From NCBI RefSeq assembly GCF_009914755.1, contig NC_060925.1: a stretch of 64,000 nt of DNA. The stretch is one strand, 5' to 3'. The position numbers and the translations under genes were made by a program. Shown piece after piece: positions 39,201 to 63,166 of this stretch (positions are counted from its first letter, which is position 1; every line of letters begins with the position of its first letter). The stretch comes from the human T2T-CHM13v2.0 reference genome, Homo sapiens. Below the pieces are notes generated by a model. That model did not search any database. It saw only the letters and a list, made by a program, of their open reading frames with translations, and was not told where the DNA came from.

Positions 39201-40928
39201 AAGTGTGAGTGTAAAAGGGAGGGGCACTTCTGCCCGTTGGGCCCAAAAACCCTTTTCTGGCTTTAGCTAGTAGAGCCACTCAAAATTTAAACGGAGTCAG
39301 CTTGATGTGGCATATATGATAAGCTGGATAATATTTCCTGCACCACCGCACCCCTCCCCCCACCCCAACACCAACAAGAAAATAACACAAGTCACGGTTC
39401 TTGTTCCTTGTGGGCTGACATTTCCCTGTTTTGCCAACCTCTGGAGCCACGTGTCCCAAGCAGCTTGTAGTTTAGAAGTGATGGGGGAGAGGAGACAGCA
39501 CGGGAGAGGAAGGAGGGAAGCCAGCTTATATTCAGGTGCCTTAAGTATTTAAAAATATTTTCAGTGTAATAGTCGATGCATTCAAAAGAGCATATTTACC
39601 AAATATGTAAAATTTAAAGTATGCTAATGAAACTATCACTCCACCACGTTATCAGTATTTAGCATGTATCTATGCATCTCCAGGATTCTACTCCTGGCCT
39701 CTTAGCTCACCACCACTATCTTCAGTTTTGTCCCTCTTTGCCATTTTTAGTGGTTTTATCATATTTGGATGCATTCCTGTGTATTGGTGTATTTTTCTTC
39801 TTTTTGAGCTTTATAAAAATACATATAGCCTGGAATTCGCTTTTTATCACTCAACATTTGTTTTTTTGGTTCATCCAAGTTGTTACGTGTAGTAACAGAA
39901 CATTTATTTCTTACTGCCTAGTCAAAAGGAAGTTTTCTCCTGTCAGGAATGTATTCAATACTGTAGCGGATAGGATTATAAATGCACTTTAAGTATTTTC
40001 TTTATTGATGGGAACCACACAGACTAAATGTATCAGACTTCCCAAGTTCGTAGGTCACATACCTATAACAGAACTCTTTTCCTGGGTTTTGTGACATTTC
40101 TAATTGTTGTAATTTCTTTTGCCATTATAAAAATTAGTCACTTTTGAACCTAATTTGTATTCATCATTCTGAATCTTTTTCTTTAAAAGCCTCCTCTTTT
40201 CCAATTATATAAGCTCATACCCCATAAAACCTGAATCTGCCCCTAGTAATTACTAATAAGGCTAGTAGGAGCATTCTTGTTCACCTTCTGTGCATGCGCT
40301 GGACTCTAATTTGAACCTAGGATTAGCACTGCGGCATCAGAGGCTATGGGGGCTGTTCAGCTTTCAAAGATAAAGCAGAAATGTTTTCAAAGTGGTTGTA
40401 CCAATCTATACTGCCACCAGTACCGACCACAATTCTCTCTAAATCCTCGTTATTTTCACACTTCTTACTTTTTGCTAGTCTACCCAGAATAAATACCATG
40501 TTTTTGTCTTAATTTGCATTCCGTAATTACTGATAAGGCTGAGCACTTTGAAATATGTTATTCATTCATGTTTTCTCTTCCCCTTCTAAGGATGTGTGTG
40601 TGTGTACATATATAAATGTATATATAATGTATATATGTATATATAATGAAACATTCTTTTGTTAATTGTATGTGTTGCAGATATCTTCTCCCTGTTTATA
40701 GTGTGTTTTCAAATAAAAAATTTTTTTGACTTATTTTGAAAAAATCAACCTTATCAAAAAGTTTCAGAATTAATGAACTCCTGTATACCCTTCACATAAG
40801 TTCACAGTTTGCTATATTTGCTATATTAGTGTGTAGGAGAGATTATATAAAATATGTATACTATAGATATATATTTTTTTCTGAACCATTTAGGAGTAAG
40901 TTGTAGCATGTGTCTCCAAAGACAATGA

Positions 40929-41490
<562 letters not shown>

Positions 41491-41540
41491 GAGTAGCTAA
41501 CATGCAGTCCTTATTGAAAATTTACTAGTTGTTCCATTAA

Positions 41541-41941
<401 letters not shown>

Positions 41942-42544
41942 TTTTTTTTTTTTAAAGAGACAGGGTCTTCCCTCTGTCACTCAGGCTGGAGTGCAGTAGC
42001 CCGATAATGCTCTATGGCTAGTCTATGGTCAATTTTCATATATTTTTAAAACCAGAGAAGAATGTTTATTCACCATTAGATAGATACATGATACTTGCAA
42101 ATAAATCAAGCTTGGTATTTCAGATATTCTATATCTTTACTAATGTTCATGTTCAGATTTCCCCATCAGTATTTCCCCGTCAGTATTTCTCTTACCCGTT
42201 AGTAGATAAAATAGATCAAGCAATCAGTCTCCCATTATAAAGGTAGATGTGTTCATTTTTCCCTGTAGTCCAGCAATTTCAGTTTTGTGTATTTTGGGGG
42301 CCATTTTATTTTAGAATCAATATTTGTAAAGCAATTCAAGCATTAATGTGTCATGGAATCTTAGGTTTGAATGCATTCATCAGAGTCCAATCACCACCCC
42401 TTGCTACTCTCCATACCCTTGTAGGAGGAATTATTTTATAGCACCCTGCTACAGGACCAACCGGCTTGTTGAATGCTTTTAGAGACAGGGCGCTTCCCAC
42501 CTTACAGGGCAGTCCAGTTCTTCACTGGAGAGCTCCATGATTAT

Positions 42545-42780
42545 ACTTACTATTTAATTAGACTCTCTATGGCTAGGCATTGTGCAAAGCATTTTAGAAA
42601 CATTGTCATATTTAATTCTCACTGTAATCTTATAAAGTAGGCATTTTATCCCCATCGTACTAATGAAGAAACAGGTTTAGGTAATTAAGCATCTTGCCCA
42701 AGGTCACACAGCTAGGTAGTGGCACAGCAGGAATTGAAGCCCAGGTCTGTCTCCTAAATCCACTAGACTACACTGCCTTC
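42545..42780 (-). mobile_element. MIR
   Basis: cttgcccaaggtcacacagcta core. Confidence 0.8.
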
Positions 42781-43038
42781 AAGCTTTTCTTTATGTAAGT
42801 ATAAAACCATATCCCTTTAACTTTCAATCAGGAAACCTGGTTCCAAAACCATTTTTAGTGTTCCTAAACTTCCTAATCTGTTGGAAACCTTAGACATAAC
42901 TCACATTCATGTGTTCCATTACTGTGCCCAACTTTCCTTAGTTTTCTTATGGAAGCTTTAGACCTTTGCTATATGTTTGTATTCTTATTGTTACTTTTGG
43001 AAAAGTAGCCAATCTTGATGAGCAGGATGATTCATTCT

Positions 43039-43064
43039 GAATGAATGAATGAATGAATGAATGA
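43039..43064. repeat. (GAAT)n microsatellite
   Basis: About six perfect units. Confidence 0.9.
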
Positions 43065-43899
43065 AGCCTAGTGAGTAGCAACTCATTTCTACATATGAGT
43101 TAGGATGCTGGATGAAACCTAATTTTTAACATCAAGTTCTTCACCTTTCAAGGTTAATAAGTCAAACCTCAGAGCCACTCAGTTCTCACTTGTGGCTCTT
43201 TCGCACTCTGTTCTTTAATCAAAAAGCTCAGAATCAGGTTTCCTCTTAGGTCGCACCAGAGCACAGTATAATTAATCTAAACTCCCATTTCTGTTTTCTT
43301 CACAAAAGATCTTCACGGAGATGGTTTTATGATGGTCTTTTAATTGTGGGGCCACAGAAAACATTATTTATAGTAGGTCACATGGAAATCACAGATGGCG
43401 TTACTAATTCAATTTTAATATGCTTTATGGCAGGGAGGGATGGGAAAGTATACAAAGGTGACTCAATTAGACAAGAGTTGTGGAATGCATACATCCTACA
43501 TAACCATTCTAAGAGTTTGCCTTAAGCTGTGTCTTAGAACAGGAAATGCTGCAATAATGTGAGCTGACCTGTATGTTATTCTCATGTGCTGTTGAAACAT
43601 GTATAGAAATAATAATGCCTAGCATTCTTTCATCTCGGGAAACTTCAGTCTCACACGTATTAGTTTATAGCTACTCCTTACTCTTTAATATGTGAGGCTT
43701 GGAAAGCCCGTATAAATTCTGATCAAGGTGGATACAGGAAAGCACAGTTTAATAGTATTTAACTGCCATTGATTTTTTTTTTCCACTTGTATCATCACAA
43801 TGAATCAGATCAGAACTTGGACCTCAGTACTTTTTCTGCCTTTGGCATCTTTTCCTGATAAGTAGTATGACCAAGTATTCAAATTCTAAGAATTGAACT

Positions 43900-44690
43900 A
43901 TTTACTCATTCAACAGATTTACGACATTTGCCATGTGCCTAGAACTGGGAATATAATGATGAAATAGGAAGTCATAGTCTTTGCCCTCACCAAGCTTCCA
44001 GCAGGCAGGTGGAGGAGGGAGACAGACAATTCCACAGTAAGTGCGGATAAGGGAATTACAGGGTTTCATAGGAATGTAAGGATGGGTACATAAGCCAGAC
44101 CTGCTGAATCAGGGAAAGCTTCCCAGAGGAAATGGCATCTAAACTGAGATCTAAAAGCTGAAGAGGAATTGGGACAATTAAAATAGGAAAAAGAAGAGGA
44201 AGGAAAGGCCCAAAGTGAGATATAGCACATCCAAGGAACTGAAATAAGTTAGATATTAGTCTTCTTAGATCAAGTTATACTGCAGCAACAAATGACCCCA
44301 AAATGTCAGTAGCATTTAACAGCGAAGATTTATTTCTTTATGCTGCAATATGGAGAAATGATAGTGGGGGATGCTAAAATATGGAGAGAAGATTGTAGAG
44401 GGTAAAACCGAGGTAGGAACCTGAGGCAATATTTCAGCCTGAAGAGGAGCGTGGCCTGAACTTTAGGGTAGCCTGAATTAGTGGCAGTGGAGAAAAAGAG
44501 AAGTAGACAGAATCAAGAGATAAAGAGAAAGTTAGGTCAATAGTTCTTCTTGATAGATAGGACGTGGAGGGTGAAGGAGATAGAGTCATGGTTGACACTC
44601 AAGTTCAATAGGTCAATAGTTCTTGATAGATAGGACGTGGAGGGTGAAGGAGATAGAGTCATGTTTGACACTCAAGTTCAATACGCACTA
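43900..44690 (-). mobile_element. L2 fragments
   Basis: tcattcaacagattt...ttgccctcaccaagctt...gggaaagcttcccagagga. Confidence 0.65.
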
Positions 44691-45085
44691 CATAGCTTTA
44701 TAGTAACCACAAAACATGATGATGAAAACTTTTATAGAGAGGAATTTAATACTTACGATAACATGATAAACATTTTAATGTAATAATTTTAGAAATGTCA
44801 TCCTACTAATCTCATATACATCATAGAGTTTGTGATCTCAGTGATCAATATTATTTTTTCTGCTCAAACTCCTGGTACAGATACATTCACAGAAGTACGT
44901 AATTCTTGTCAGCAAAGCTTCTGGGATGACAATTTAGGAGATGCCGAATTAAAATGAGGTCTATTTTACCACTCTACATTCATCCTAAAACTTGAACTTA
45001 GAAAGATGTCATTGAATGTTTAGAAAAATAGACCGCTGCTGAGCTATAAAATCTACCTTTGTAAACTTTAGCAAAGGAAGGCTCA

Positions 45086-45488
<403 letters not shown>

Positions 45489-46006
45489 GGAAAGAAACCT
45501 GCTGCCAATATGCGTTAATTTTCCAGAGGAAAAAGTATTGTGCTGGATTCTCCCTTTCAAGATTAGGCATGTTCATGGGACATTAAACTTTCAAAAAATG
45601 AAGAGAAGAGCATCTTAGGTTTTCCCAAGGCAACTCTAAATTTCTCAGCAGGGGACAAATCAAGAGCACCAATTTGGATATTCTTTTATCTGGTAACAAC
45701 CTCCTTTTCTTCCAGCTTTACTTTGTTCAACTTCTCCCGTCATGATCATTTTCAATCACACTGGGACCATTAGTCTATTAATTTCTCTCCCAACATGTCT
45801 GTCATCTTCTGTCTTCCTTTTGCATCTTATCCCACTTATATTGTGTACTTTCAGGATTTATTTCAGCACTGCAACGAGCTTTAGATATTTTACTGAAATC
45901 AGAAATGTTCCAGCACTGCACAGATGGCTGTACTGATTAAGAGTGTTGTTTTGTAACCATGGGCTAAGGAGTTGATCCTCTGGCATCTTCCAAAGGTGAC
46001 CTATGA

Positions 46007-47154
<1,148 letters not shown>

Positions 47155-47502
47155 CCATCTTACATATTTTTGTCCCAGACTGAGAGTCAGCCATTTCTAT
47201 CAGGAGCCTGGGTTTCTGATTCCCTTTGACAGAAAATGGTATTTATAGGCCACAGCCTAGGCATGAGAGATGCTAATTGCTACTAAATTGGTTATGGTTT
47301 CTAAGCCTTTTTAGTGGACAGAGCTCAGACATTCTTTTTTTTTTTTTTAGGAGAAAAAAATCGTAAGTTCATTTTATTCAAATTTAGGATTACAAGGTTT
47401 TTATTTAACTTTAAAAAGTTAAAAGGTTTTTAATTAAAAAGTTTTAAATTTTATTTTGATATCACTTTTACACTGAAAATTTTAGTTTCTAAGTATATTA
47501 AT

Positions 47503-47825
<323 letters not shown>

Positions 47826-49009
47826 TTATTTGTTACATATAAAATGGCTTCAGAATAATAATACCAAAATTATTACTAACCATATAATTACTGAAAATAG
47901 TTTAAAATGTCTTTGACTTTTTAAAAATTCCAGATATATTCTAGTAAGGATACATAGTCAAATTATTGTGTTTTAAAACCATGTGAAATAATCCTTTCTG
48001 TATGGTTAAGCCACTAAGTCAATTCAAAGGGTGGATCTATTTGTTTCCTTTTGCTTTTGCTTTTCATGAATTGATTTTCTTTTCCATTTTGATTTAACAT
48101 TGTTTTATAATTTTATAAACCTCTCTCAGATACTTGGGAGGCTGAGTCGGGAGAATCACTGAAGCCCCGGAGTGTGACGCTACAGGGTGCTATGATCATA
48201 CCTGTGAATGATCTGCACTCCTGTTTGGGCAACATACCTAGTCCTATCTCTAAAAAAACAAAAACAAAAACACAATACATTTACAGGGTTTGAAATCAAA
48301 TCTACAAAACTATGTATATTCTGAAAACTTTAGCTTTTATTCCTTCCACCCTATTCCTTCCCTCTCCCATAGGTTACTTAAATTTTTTAATTCAAAAATT
48401 GTTTTGTCTATCCTTCCAGTTTTGAAAATATAAGCAAGTATTTTATATCTGTGCATATATATATACACCTTTTAGATAAACAGAAGCATACTGTAGACAC
48501 TTTTTCCACCTTCTTTTCAGCTGACAACATATCCTGGAGATTGATTGCTTCATGGCAGTGTATAAAAATATTCTTCATTCCTTTCCACTTCTCCATTGGG
48601 TGCACTATAGCTCCAGTCTCTCGCAGATAACCATTTGAGCTGTTTCCAGTTATTTGCTATTACAAGTGCTGCAGTGTATAGCCTTCCAGATACTTAATTA
48701 AGATTTTATAAGTATGATCATATTTTATGGAATCTGAAACCCCATTGATTATAAGTGACACCATTACTCTATATAACACTAAAAAAGAAAAACACCCTGC
48801 CAATTAACTGTAAAATGCCATTGATTGTAAAATGAATCTCAATTTCAGAGCTGTAAAATGTAAAAAAGTGTACATCTTAGCATTTAGGAAATTAAAATTT
48901 CGTGTAATCCTCATAACAATCTAAAAGGAAGGTACATATAACTGTTGTGAGCTCCATGAAGGAACAAAGTTTTTCTCGTTTTTGGCTCTAATATGTTTTT
49001 TAAAAAATA

Positions 49010-49712
49010 CTTTTTAACATTTTAAAAATAGAGATGTGAGGTTCTCACTAAGTTGGCAAGGCTGGTTTCGAACTCCTGGCCTCAAGCAATTCTCCTGCCT
49101 CGGCCTCCCAAAATGCTGGGATTACAGGCATGAGCCATCATATCTGGCCATTTGGCTCTAATCTCAGCCCCAAGAACTATGCTTTCAAGGAGAAGTGTGT
49201 CTAATAGTGCACAGTAGACACTTAAATATTTGTTGAATAAATGAATGAGCCCCCATTTTACAAATGAGGAAACTCTGAGGTACAAACTTTAAGAAACCTG
49301 CCTGAGAGCAGTCATTTCCTGGCAGAGCCTGGATTTGAACCAAGAAAGTTACAACTCATATCTGCTGCATTCTCGCCTATAAATTCATGGATACCTGGCT
49401 GGGCACGGTGGCTCACACCTGTAATCCCAGCCAGCACTTTGGGAGGCAGGCAGATCGCCTGAGCTCAGGGGATCAGCTTGGGTAACATTATGAAACCCCA
49501 TCTCTATCAAAAATACCAAAAAAAAAAAAAAATCAGCTGGGCATAGTGTCGTGCTCCTGTGGTCCCAGCTACGTGGGGCTGAGGTGGGAGGAGAATTCCT
49601 TGAGCCTAGGAGGCGGAGGTTGCAGTGAACCAAGATCCAATCTCGCCACTGCACTCCAACCTGGGTGACACAGTGAGACCCCGTCTCAAGTAATAATAAT
49701 AATAATAATAAA
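49010..49712. mobile_element. Alu left monomer (-, 49010-49149) and Alu dimer (+, 49397-49712, (TAA)n tail)
   Basis: Alu consensus matches. Confidence 0.88.
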
Positions 49713-50369
49713 AATTCATGATTACCAGTCACAAAGGGGCCCTCAACAATCCTATTGCTTTTCTCTGGTCAACTTGCTCTTCCATTGCAGCAACAATTAT
49801 TGTAAACCATCACTCCCTCCAAGCCTCAAAAATCCCCTCTCCCAGCTCCCCTGGACCCACTCCCTGACTGATGAGCAAACCTTGCCTCCTATTTCATAGA
49901 CAACACGAAGCCATGACATAAGAACCCTCTCAGCTTCTCACCAAACATGCAAATCTTCCTGCATTATCAGTAATTCTCTGTGCTTCCTTTCCTCTGTGCT
50001 ACATAGGATGTGCCCTTTGTCCTATCAAAGGCTGATTCCTCCACTGGGGCTGGGGATTCTGTCCCTCCTGCCTTCCTTAACACTAGTAGTTACCCCTTTT
50101 TGCCCTGTAAATTCAACCTGTCCCTCTGTATGAGTTAGGATTCAGCTTGGCTGCATATAAGAAAAAAATCAAATTAATTGTGGCCTAAATGAGAGAGATG
50201 TTTTTCGCTCTCACGTATTTATTTACATTTTAATTGGTCTGAGTATGTGATGCTTATACATTGTATAAAAAGTAAAAGGTACAAACTGTACTCCTACCCT
50301 TACCGCAGTCACCTAGCTCCTCAACCACTCTTTTAAGTTTAAAAATAGCGTGTAAAGCGACAGGAGTGG

Positions 50370-52200
<1,831 letters not shown>

Positions 52201-52678
52201 ATTTATGTCTTCAATCAAGGCAGGCCTGGGCTTCACATTTTTTGGCTTTCTGAGGGGAGGATATTTCCAAGAAAAAAAAGAAGAAAGGCACAAAGCAAAA
52301 TGAAAGAAAAAAGCCAAGAGAGTTTGTCCCAGCCCAGTGTTCTAGTGTGGTTGCCTGATTGTGAACTGCACATGCATTTTACTCTTAACTCAGGACTGCT
52401 CAAGTCTGAGCATTCGAGTAGGGCCATAGTGGACATAAGAGCACAGTTCTTAGCCCATTCTCCATATGTACATATGGGCTTTTTTATCTGCTGGAAGTAT
52501 CCACAGATTTCATTAGACTCTCAAAGTGAGCATGACTCCAAAAGGTCCAGAGCCACCTCAAAGATCAGAGTGGGTTCCCTATAAAGGGGAGATGAGCAAA
52601 ATCTCAGTCAATTGCACTATAATATTAATGATAATAACAATAATGATAATGGCTGATATTTATTGAGTACTTTCTTCC

Positions 52679-53063
<385 letters not shown>

Positions 53064-53400
53064 TGAGCAATCTGGTCTGTGTCAGTGAGGTGCCTCACAA
53101 GAAATGAGTAAGAAGGCATTCCACTTTAAATATCAGTCTTCGGTGAGTTGGTTACCGTGAGTCCTTTCATCAGAGACCAATCAACTCTCTGAATCACTGA
53201 TCAAATTTACTTTCAGAACTTACATAGCTAACTTCACTTTGGTGACCACATCGATGTAAAGTAACCATGTGAGGCCTTGCTGGAGTAGTCACCCTGTCTC
53301 TGTAAATCTATATCTTATTGATTGCTTCATTAGGTCACTTTCTTCAAAGTGTTTTCTTTCAATGGCAATTTACTCTGTGAGGCAAAATAAGGCAGTACTA

Positions 53401-53565
<165 letters not shown>

Positions 53566-53571
53566 CTAAAA

Positions 53572-53608
53572 TGTGTGTGTGCGTGTGTGTGTGTGTGTGT
53601 ACACACAC
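53572..53608. repeat. (GT)n-(AC)n microsatellite following an Alu monomer (53444-53570, +)
   Basis: Direct reading. Confidence 0.88.
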
Positions 53609-54073
53609 GTATGTATACATGTATATACATAATTTGAGATCTTTAAAATATGGGGAAAGTTGGGTATTTGACTTAATCTATCAAAAACTTCTAAGTTTGA
53701 GATATCCTTCTTACAAATCATTGATAAAATGTGAATTCAAAATTTGTCAAGATTTTTAAATGATAATATCCAGCTTTAGTAAGCATATAAAGAAACTCAC
53801 GCTCCTGTACATTGCTAGTCAATTAATACAATAGCAGTATTTTTTAATCAAGTGCTTAAAAATATTTGTACTTAGCAATTTTTCTTTCTAGGTTTTTTTC
53901 TTATGGTGTAATTACTGATACAAATAGAGCTATATTTTGGGGATGTTTATTATGTTAAAGATAATGTTATTCTGAAAACAATCTCTTAAGTATTGAGTAA
54001 GAGATTAGTTTAACTAATTTTTATGCATCTGTACAATGGAATATAATGCAACCGTTAAAAATTAGGTTGAATA

Positions 54074-54396
<323 letters not shown>

Positions 54397-54519
54397 TTAA
54401 TGGCCTATTAAGAGAAAAAAAGTTAAAAACTGCATGCTTGGTATGACTCAATGGTTTTGAAAAAATAAATGTGAAAAAATTTATATGAAAAAAGATGAAT
54501 TCATAGCAAATATTAATAG

Positions 54520-56209
<1,690 letters not shown>

Positions 56210-56297
56210 GTGTTAATAGTAGTTATCTCTGATGGTGGGCTTATGGTAATTTTTTTTTCTTCTTCTTCATAAATATCTCCTACAATAAAAAAGTATC

Positions 56298-57020
<723 letters not shown>

Positions 57021-57810
57021 TAGAAGAAAACTGCTCCATTCTCCCATTCCATTTCCCACATCTTATTGTTCTCTACTGTAAAATAGAAGGTTTTTTTTCC
57101 CCTTAAAATAATGAAACCTGTGAGTGTTTCTATTTTCTTCATTTTATGCAGGATTCATTTCAGGCTGAATGCCTTTTCATCTTTGACTTCTCATTGTTTG
57201 CTGCATCATAAGAAACTTCTGCACTTCAAAATCTTAATTTTTATGGGAATACATTCAGTGTGCTTTCAGAAATTGAGTTTAATACTTTAATCCAATTTAA
57301 CAGATTGCATTCTTGCTCTTTCCTTATCCCAGGACCAGATATCATTTGGTTATAATCCCTTAACAGTTATAAATATTAACAACAATGAATGCAGCTTGCA
57401 AAAAAATTAAATTTCAATTTAACAGTGTAATAATGTGCTGTGAGAATTAAAATGACTTGTTAAAATATAGCCTACAAATTATATGAAAGCATTGTCAAAA
57501 TTAGGGATTTTCTGTTTATTATAGCATATTTTGATGTGTTGATTAATCGATTATTGCAGGTAGGTGGATTATTCAGTGTCAGATGATAACTGGACTTAAG
57601 TATGAGCGATCATGGTTGCTTAAAAGAGGTCTACTTAGTTGAAAGGCAATACTACTCAAACAGTGGGAAAAATCCATAAACATGTTATAATATCAAATTT
57701 TCCTCTTAGATATACACCATGAAATTTAAAATGGCTACATTAAATTGTGGGAGACATAGCCCACAAAATCTGAAATAACTGATGGAAAAGTACTTGAAAA
57801 AGTTAAGAGC

Positions 57811-59625
<1,815 letters not shown>

Positions 59626-61677
59626 TAAGCAAAAGGACAGTGATGGGGGTGGGAGGAGAGTGCACTGGGGGTGTGTGTTTGTCCTTATAAGCAAATGCAA
59701 GATCAGGCTTTCACTCAGTGTTATAATGTAATAATTATTTTGGAAGAAAAATTTCACACTGGGGCTATATCAGAGCTTTTCACTAGGGTTTCCTGCCTGT
59801 TTCCTGGGCCGCCTTACTCACTCTACTGTAAAATCCCTGAAGGTAAACACTCTGACTTTTTTACCTTTGTATCACCAGCACCTTGGCAGTACCTGATACA
59901 AAAATATTTGAATTACTTACAAGATTTAATAATCTAGCAAGCTACCAACAAAATGATAGAAATTTATTTTCCAGCTTAGGGTAATTGATGGCCCTCACAC
60001 TAGAGAAAGCATTAGCAGGTGCCATTTGCAGATTTTTTTGGAAAAGAATAGAACCAAAGGGAGCTCCTGGCCCCAATATTCTCCCTCTTAAACATTCTTA
60101 TCCCTACACTTAGAGTTTCCATACTTTTTATAAGGTTAAGTCATGCAAAAGATTGCACTGTAAACCTGGATAGCCTGTTTTTCTGGAAGGTCACAGTTTT
60201 AAATAACTGTGCCATTTTAATTATTCCCAAAACAACATTTCAAAAAAGCATTGCAAATATTTTCTGATTTGAATTAGATTTTGAGAAATGTGAAGATGTT
60301 ACATTTTTGGAGTCAATTAAAATTTTGCTATGAATATGGCTGATACATCTTAACCTAATTTGCTTTCTATAAATAGGCAAGTATCAATTTGTATATTTTC
60401 TTAATTTTAATTTTTCACCTTGTCACTAAAAAAAAAACAGTATTTAGTTTACTGTTTAATTGCTTTTTAAAATAATCATAGTAGCATAAATGTGTCATAT
60501 AGTAGGCTGTGGAATTGATTTCCTTTCATATGTAGAAATTGAAAAATAATAAATAATAATTTTACCTAGCCTTACTTATGTTCATCTTACATGTAGATAG
60601 ATTTCATAATGACCAAAAAAAGAAAAAAACCTAAAATTTTCATGGGTTACTTTTGGAGGATGCTAGGGAATCAACTTACAATTTTAAAATGTGTAAGTAA
60701 AAAGAAAGAATCAAACGATTGTCTGACCTTTCTGTATAAACTGTACCTCAGGGTAACCATTAGTGGATGAAAGAAAGTTTTCCTTTATGGGGATATTCTA
60801 GCTAATGAGTAGAGCAGGCATAATAGAATTAGAATATCACAGTGCTGCAATCTCTAATGAAATAATGGATGCAAGCAAAGATCACCAATGATTGCTAAAA
60901 GCATTAGGGGAAAAGCTGACGGAGAACTTTATAGCATATGATTCAGCCTGGCAAAGCCTGAATCCACTGATCAATCAGCCTCACACAAAGAGACAACCAT
61001 GTATTGTGTGTCTCTAATGAAAGTACACAAACCACTTACAAAGTATCTCACCAAAAAATTGAACCTCAATTGAATTGAGCCTCTAGATGTATTCATTTAC
61101 AGAAAATATAACAGATAGAGGAATCTTTTAAACGACATCAGTGGGATGCAATTAGCAAAATTCAGACTGTGGGAAACTTTACGGGAAAAACGACAAATAC
61201 ATTTCAAGGAAAGAAAAGTGAGAGTGACAGAAACAGGGGAGGAACCCATAGTTTAAAAGAAACATACTAACTAAATGTAGTATGTGATCCTTATTTGCTT
61301 CCTCATTTAAAGGAACTGATGGTAAAAAAAAAAAATAAAAATTCAAGAGCTAACAAGAAGCTCTTCCCTACTAAAGACAAAAACAATATCAAAAACTCCT
61401 CTCTTACTGACTTTTGTTGGCGTAAATCCTACAATAATAGAAGTGTACCTTTTAGTTAAACCTTTTTGTCCTGAAATGAACACTCCTAGGAGTCAGCACA
61501 TTAAATCTATCAATCACAAACTTTACTGAGTTTATGAGCCCATTTTCCAAGGGCAGATGTTAGTGAAGGACCTGAAGCATGAAGATGATGATTAAAAAAA
61601 AAAAAAAGTCCCTAGAAAAGGGAAGATAAGATGAAGACAGAGAAAACTCAGGAATCAAAGCAGTCTCTCTTCATTCA

Positions 61678-61988
61678 CAGTTTTGTTTCCAGTGATATCA
61701 GTTACCCATCGTTAACCACAGTCTGAAAATACTAAATGAAAATATTAAATTCCAGAAATAATACGTAAGTTTTAAATTGCTCTATTTAAATTTACTCAGA
61801 AACTTATCTATAATTATTCTATTTTATTATGTTATTGTTGTTCATCTCTTACTATGCCTAATTTATAAACTAAACTTTATCATAGATATGTACATATAGG
61901 AAAAAAACATAGTATATAGTGCTACCTGTGGTTCCAGGAATCCGCTGGGGTCTTGGAACCTATTTCTCTTGGATAAGGGGCACTACTG
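61678..61988. mobile_element. MER44-like Tigger MITE
   Basis: End ggggtcttggaacctatt...ggataaggggcactactg|TA; ctaatttataaactaaactttatcatag. Confidence 0.75.
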
Positions 61989-62319
61989 TATATGAAGGAG
62001 TGGCCCAACCCACTTTCCTATTAAGGATACAAGCTGAAAGTTACATGAATCACTTCTACTCATGTCTCATTGGTTATAACTTTGCCACATGGCCACACCT
62101 ATCAGTAGGGGAAGTGGGAAACATAAGGATTATTCTGACTAGCCATGTTCCTGGATACTAATTCTCTGACTTCAGAATAAGGAGATAATGCATAGTAGTG
62201 GACTATTGGCATTCTTTGTGATGATAACTCTAAAAAGAAGCTATGTGACCAGATATCATAATGATAATGTGTTCTAAACTAAGAGTTTCACTGAAATACC
62301 CAAATACAAGTAATATGTA

Positions 62320-62707
62320 TGTGATGGACATTTGTCCTTGACTACCTAACATCCATTCACTCTAATTTCAGTAATATACTCATTTTTATTTGAGAATCCA
62401 TTCTCCCTCACTCTTAGTCCATGGGGCTCTGCAGGTATGACTCCATTCTTAGCTCTAGCAGTGACTTGTGACCAACTCTAGGGGTGACTTGTGACCTAGC
62501 CTAGCCAACCAGAACTTCACATTCCCTAGACAACAACAGCTGTTTCAAGAATGGGCACATGACTTCATTACAGCTACTAGGAAAGCTGACTTACTTTAAG
62601 TTTACAGTCATCTTGCTGCATGGACCCTGGCAATAAGACCAATTTTATGTTATTTTATTTTTATCCTAGGATCCAGCCATATTTGGAGTCTGCTCTACAC
62701 TGGAACA

Positions 62708-62743
<36 letters not shown>

Positions 62744-63166
62744 TGGAGTTTTGCTCTTGTCGCCCCGGCTGGAGTGCAGTGGTGCGACCTCAGCGATCTC
62801 AGCGATCTCAGCGATCTCAGCTCACTACAACCTCTGCCTCTTGGGTTCAAGCAGTTCTCCTGCCTCAACCACCTGAGTAGCTGGGATTACAGGCGCCTGC
62901 CACCACGCCTGGCTAATTTTTGTATTTTTAGTAGAGATGGGGTTTCACCAGGTTGGTCAGTCTGGTCTCGAACTCCTGACCTCAGGTGATCCACCCACCT
63001 CGGCCTCCCAAAGTGCTGGGATTACAGGCGTGAGCCACCATGCCCAGCCTACACTTGGGCTTCTTAGGCACAAGATCCAGTAAGCCCTCCCTCCTCCTCC
63101 CCACCCCTTTTTTCTTTACACTAGTGTTTTCTGTAATCCTGCAACAGAAAGAGTCCTAACTGATAT
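62320..63166. mobile_element. MLT1-type LTR interrupted by an Alu (-, 62709-63049)
   Basis: tgtgatggacatttgt...tgcaacagaaagagtcctaactgata; Alu flanked by ctacact. Confidence 0.65.

Noticed and set aside
38186-39208. Overlapping Pro/Arg/Gly-rich ORFs up to 187 aa on both strands
   Set aside because: Expected from stop-codon scarcity in a GC-rich CpG island; no recognisable domain.
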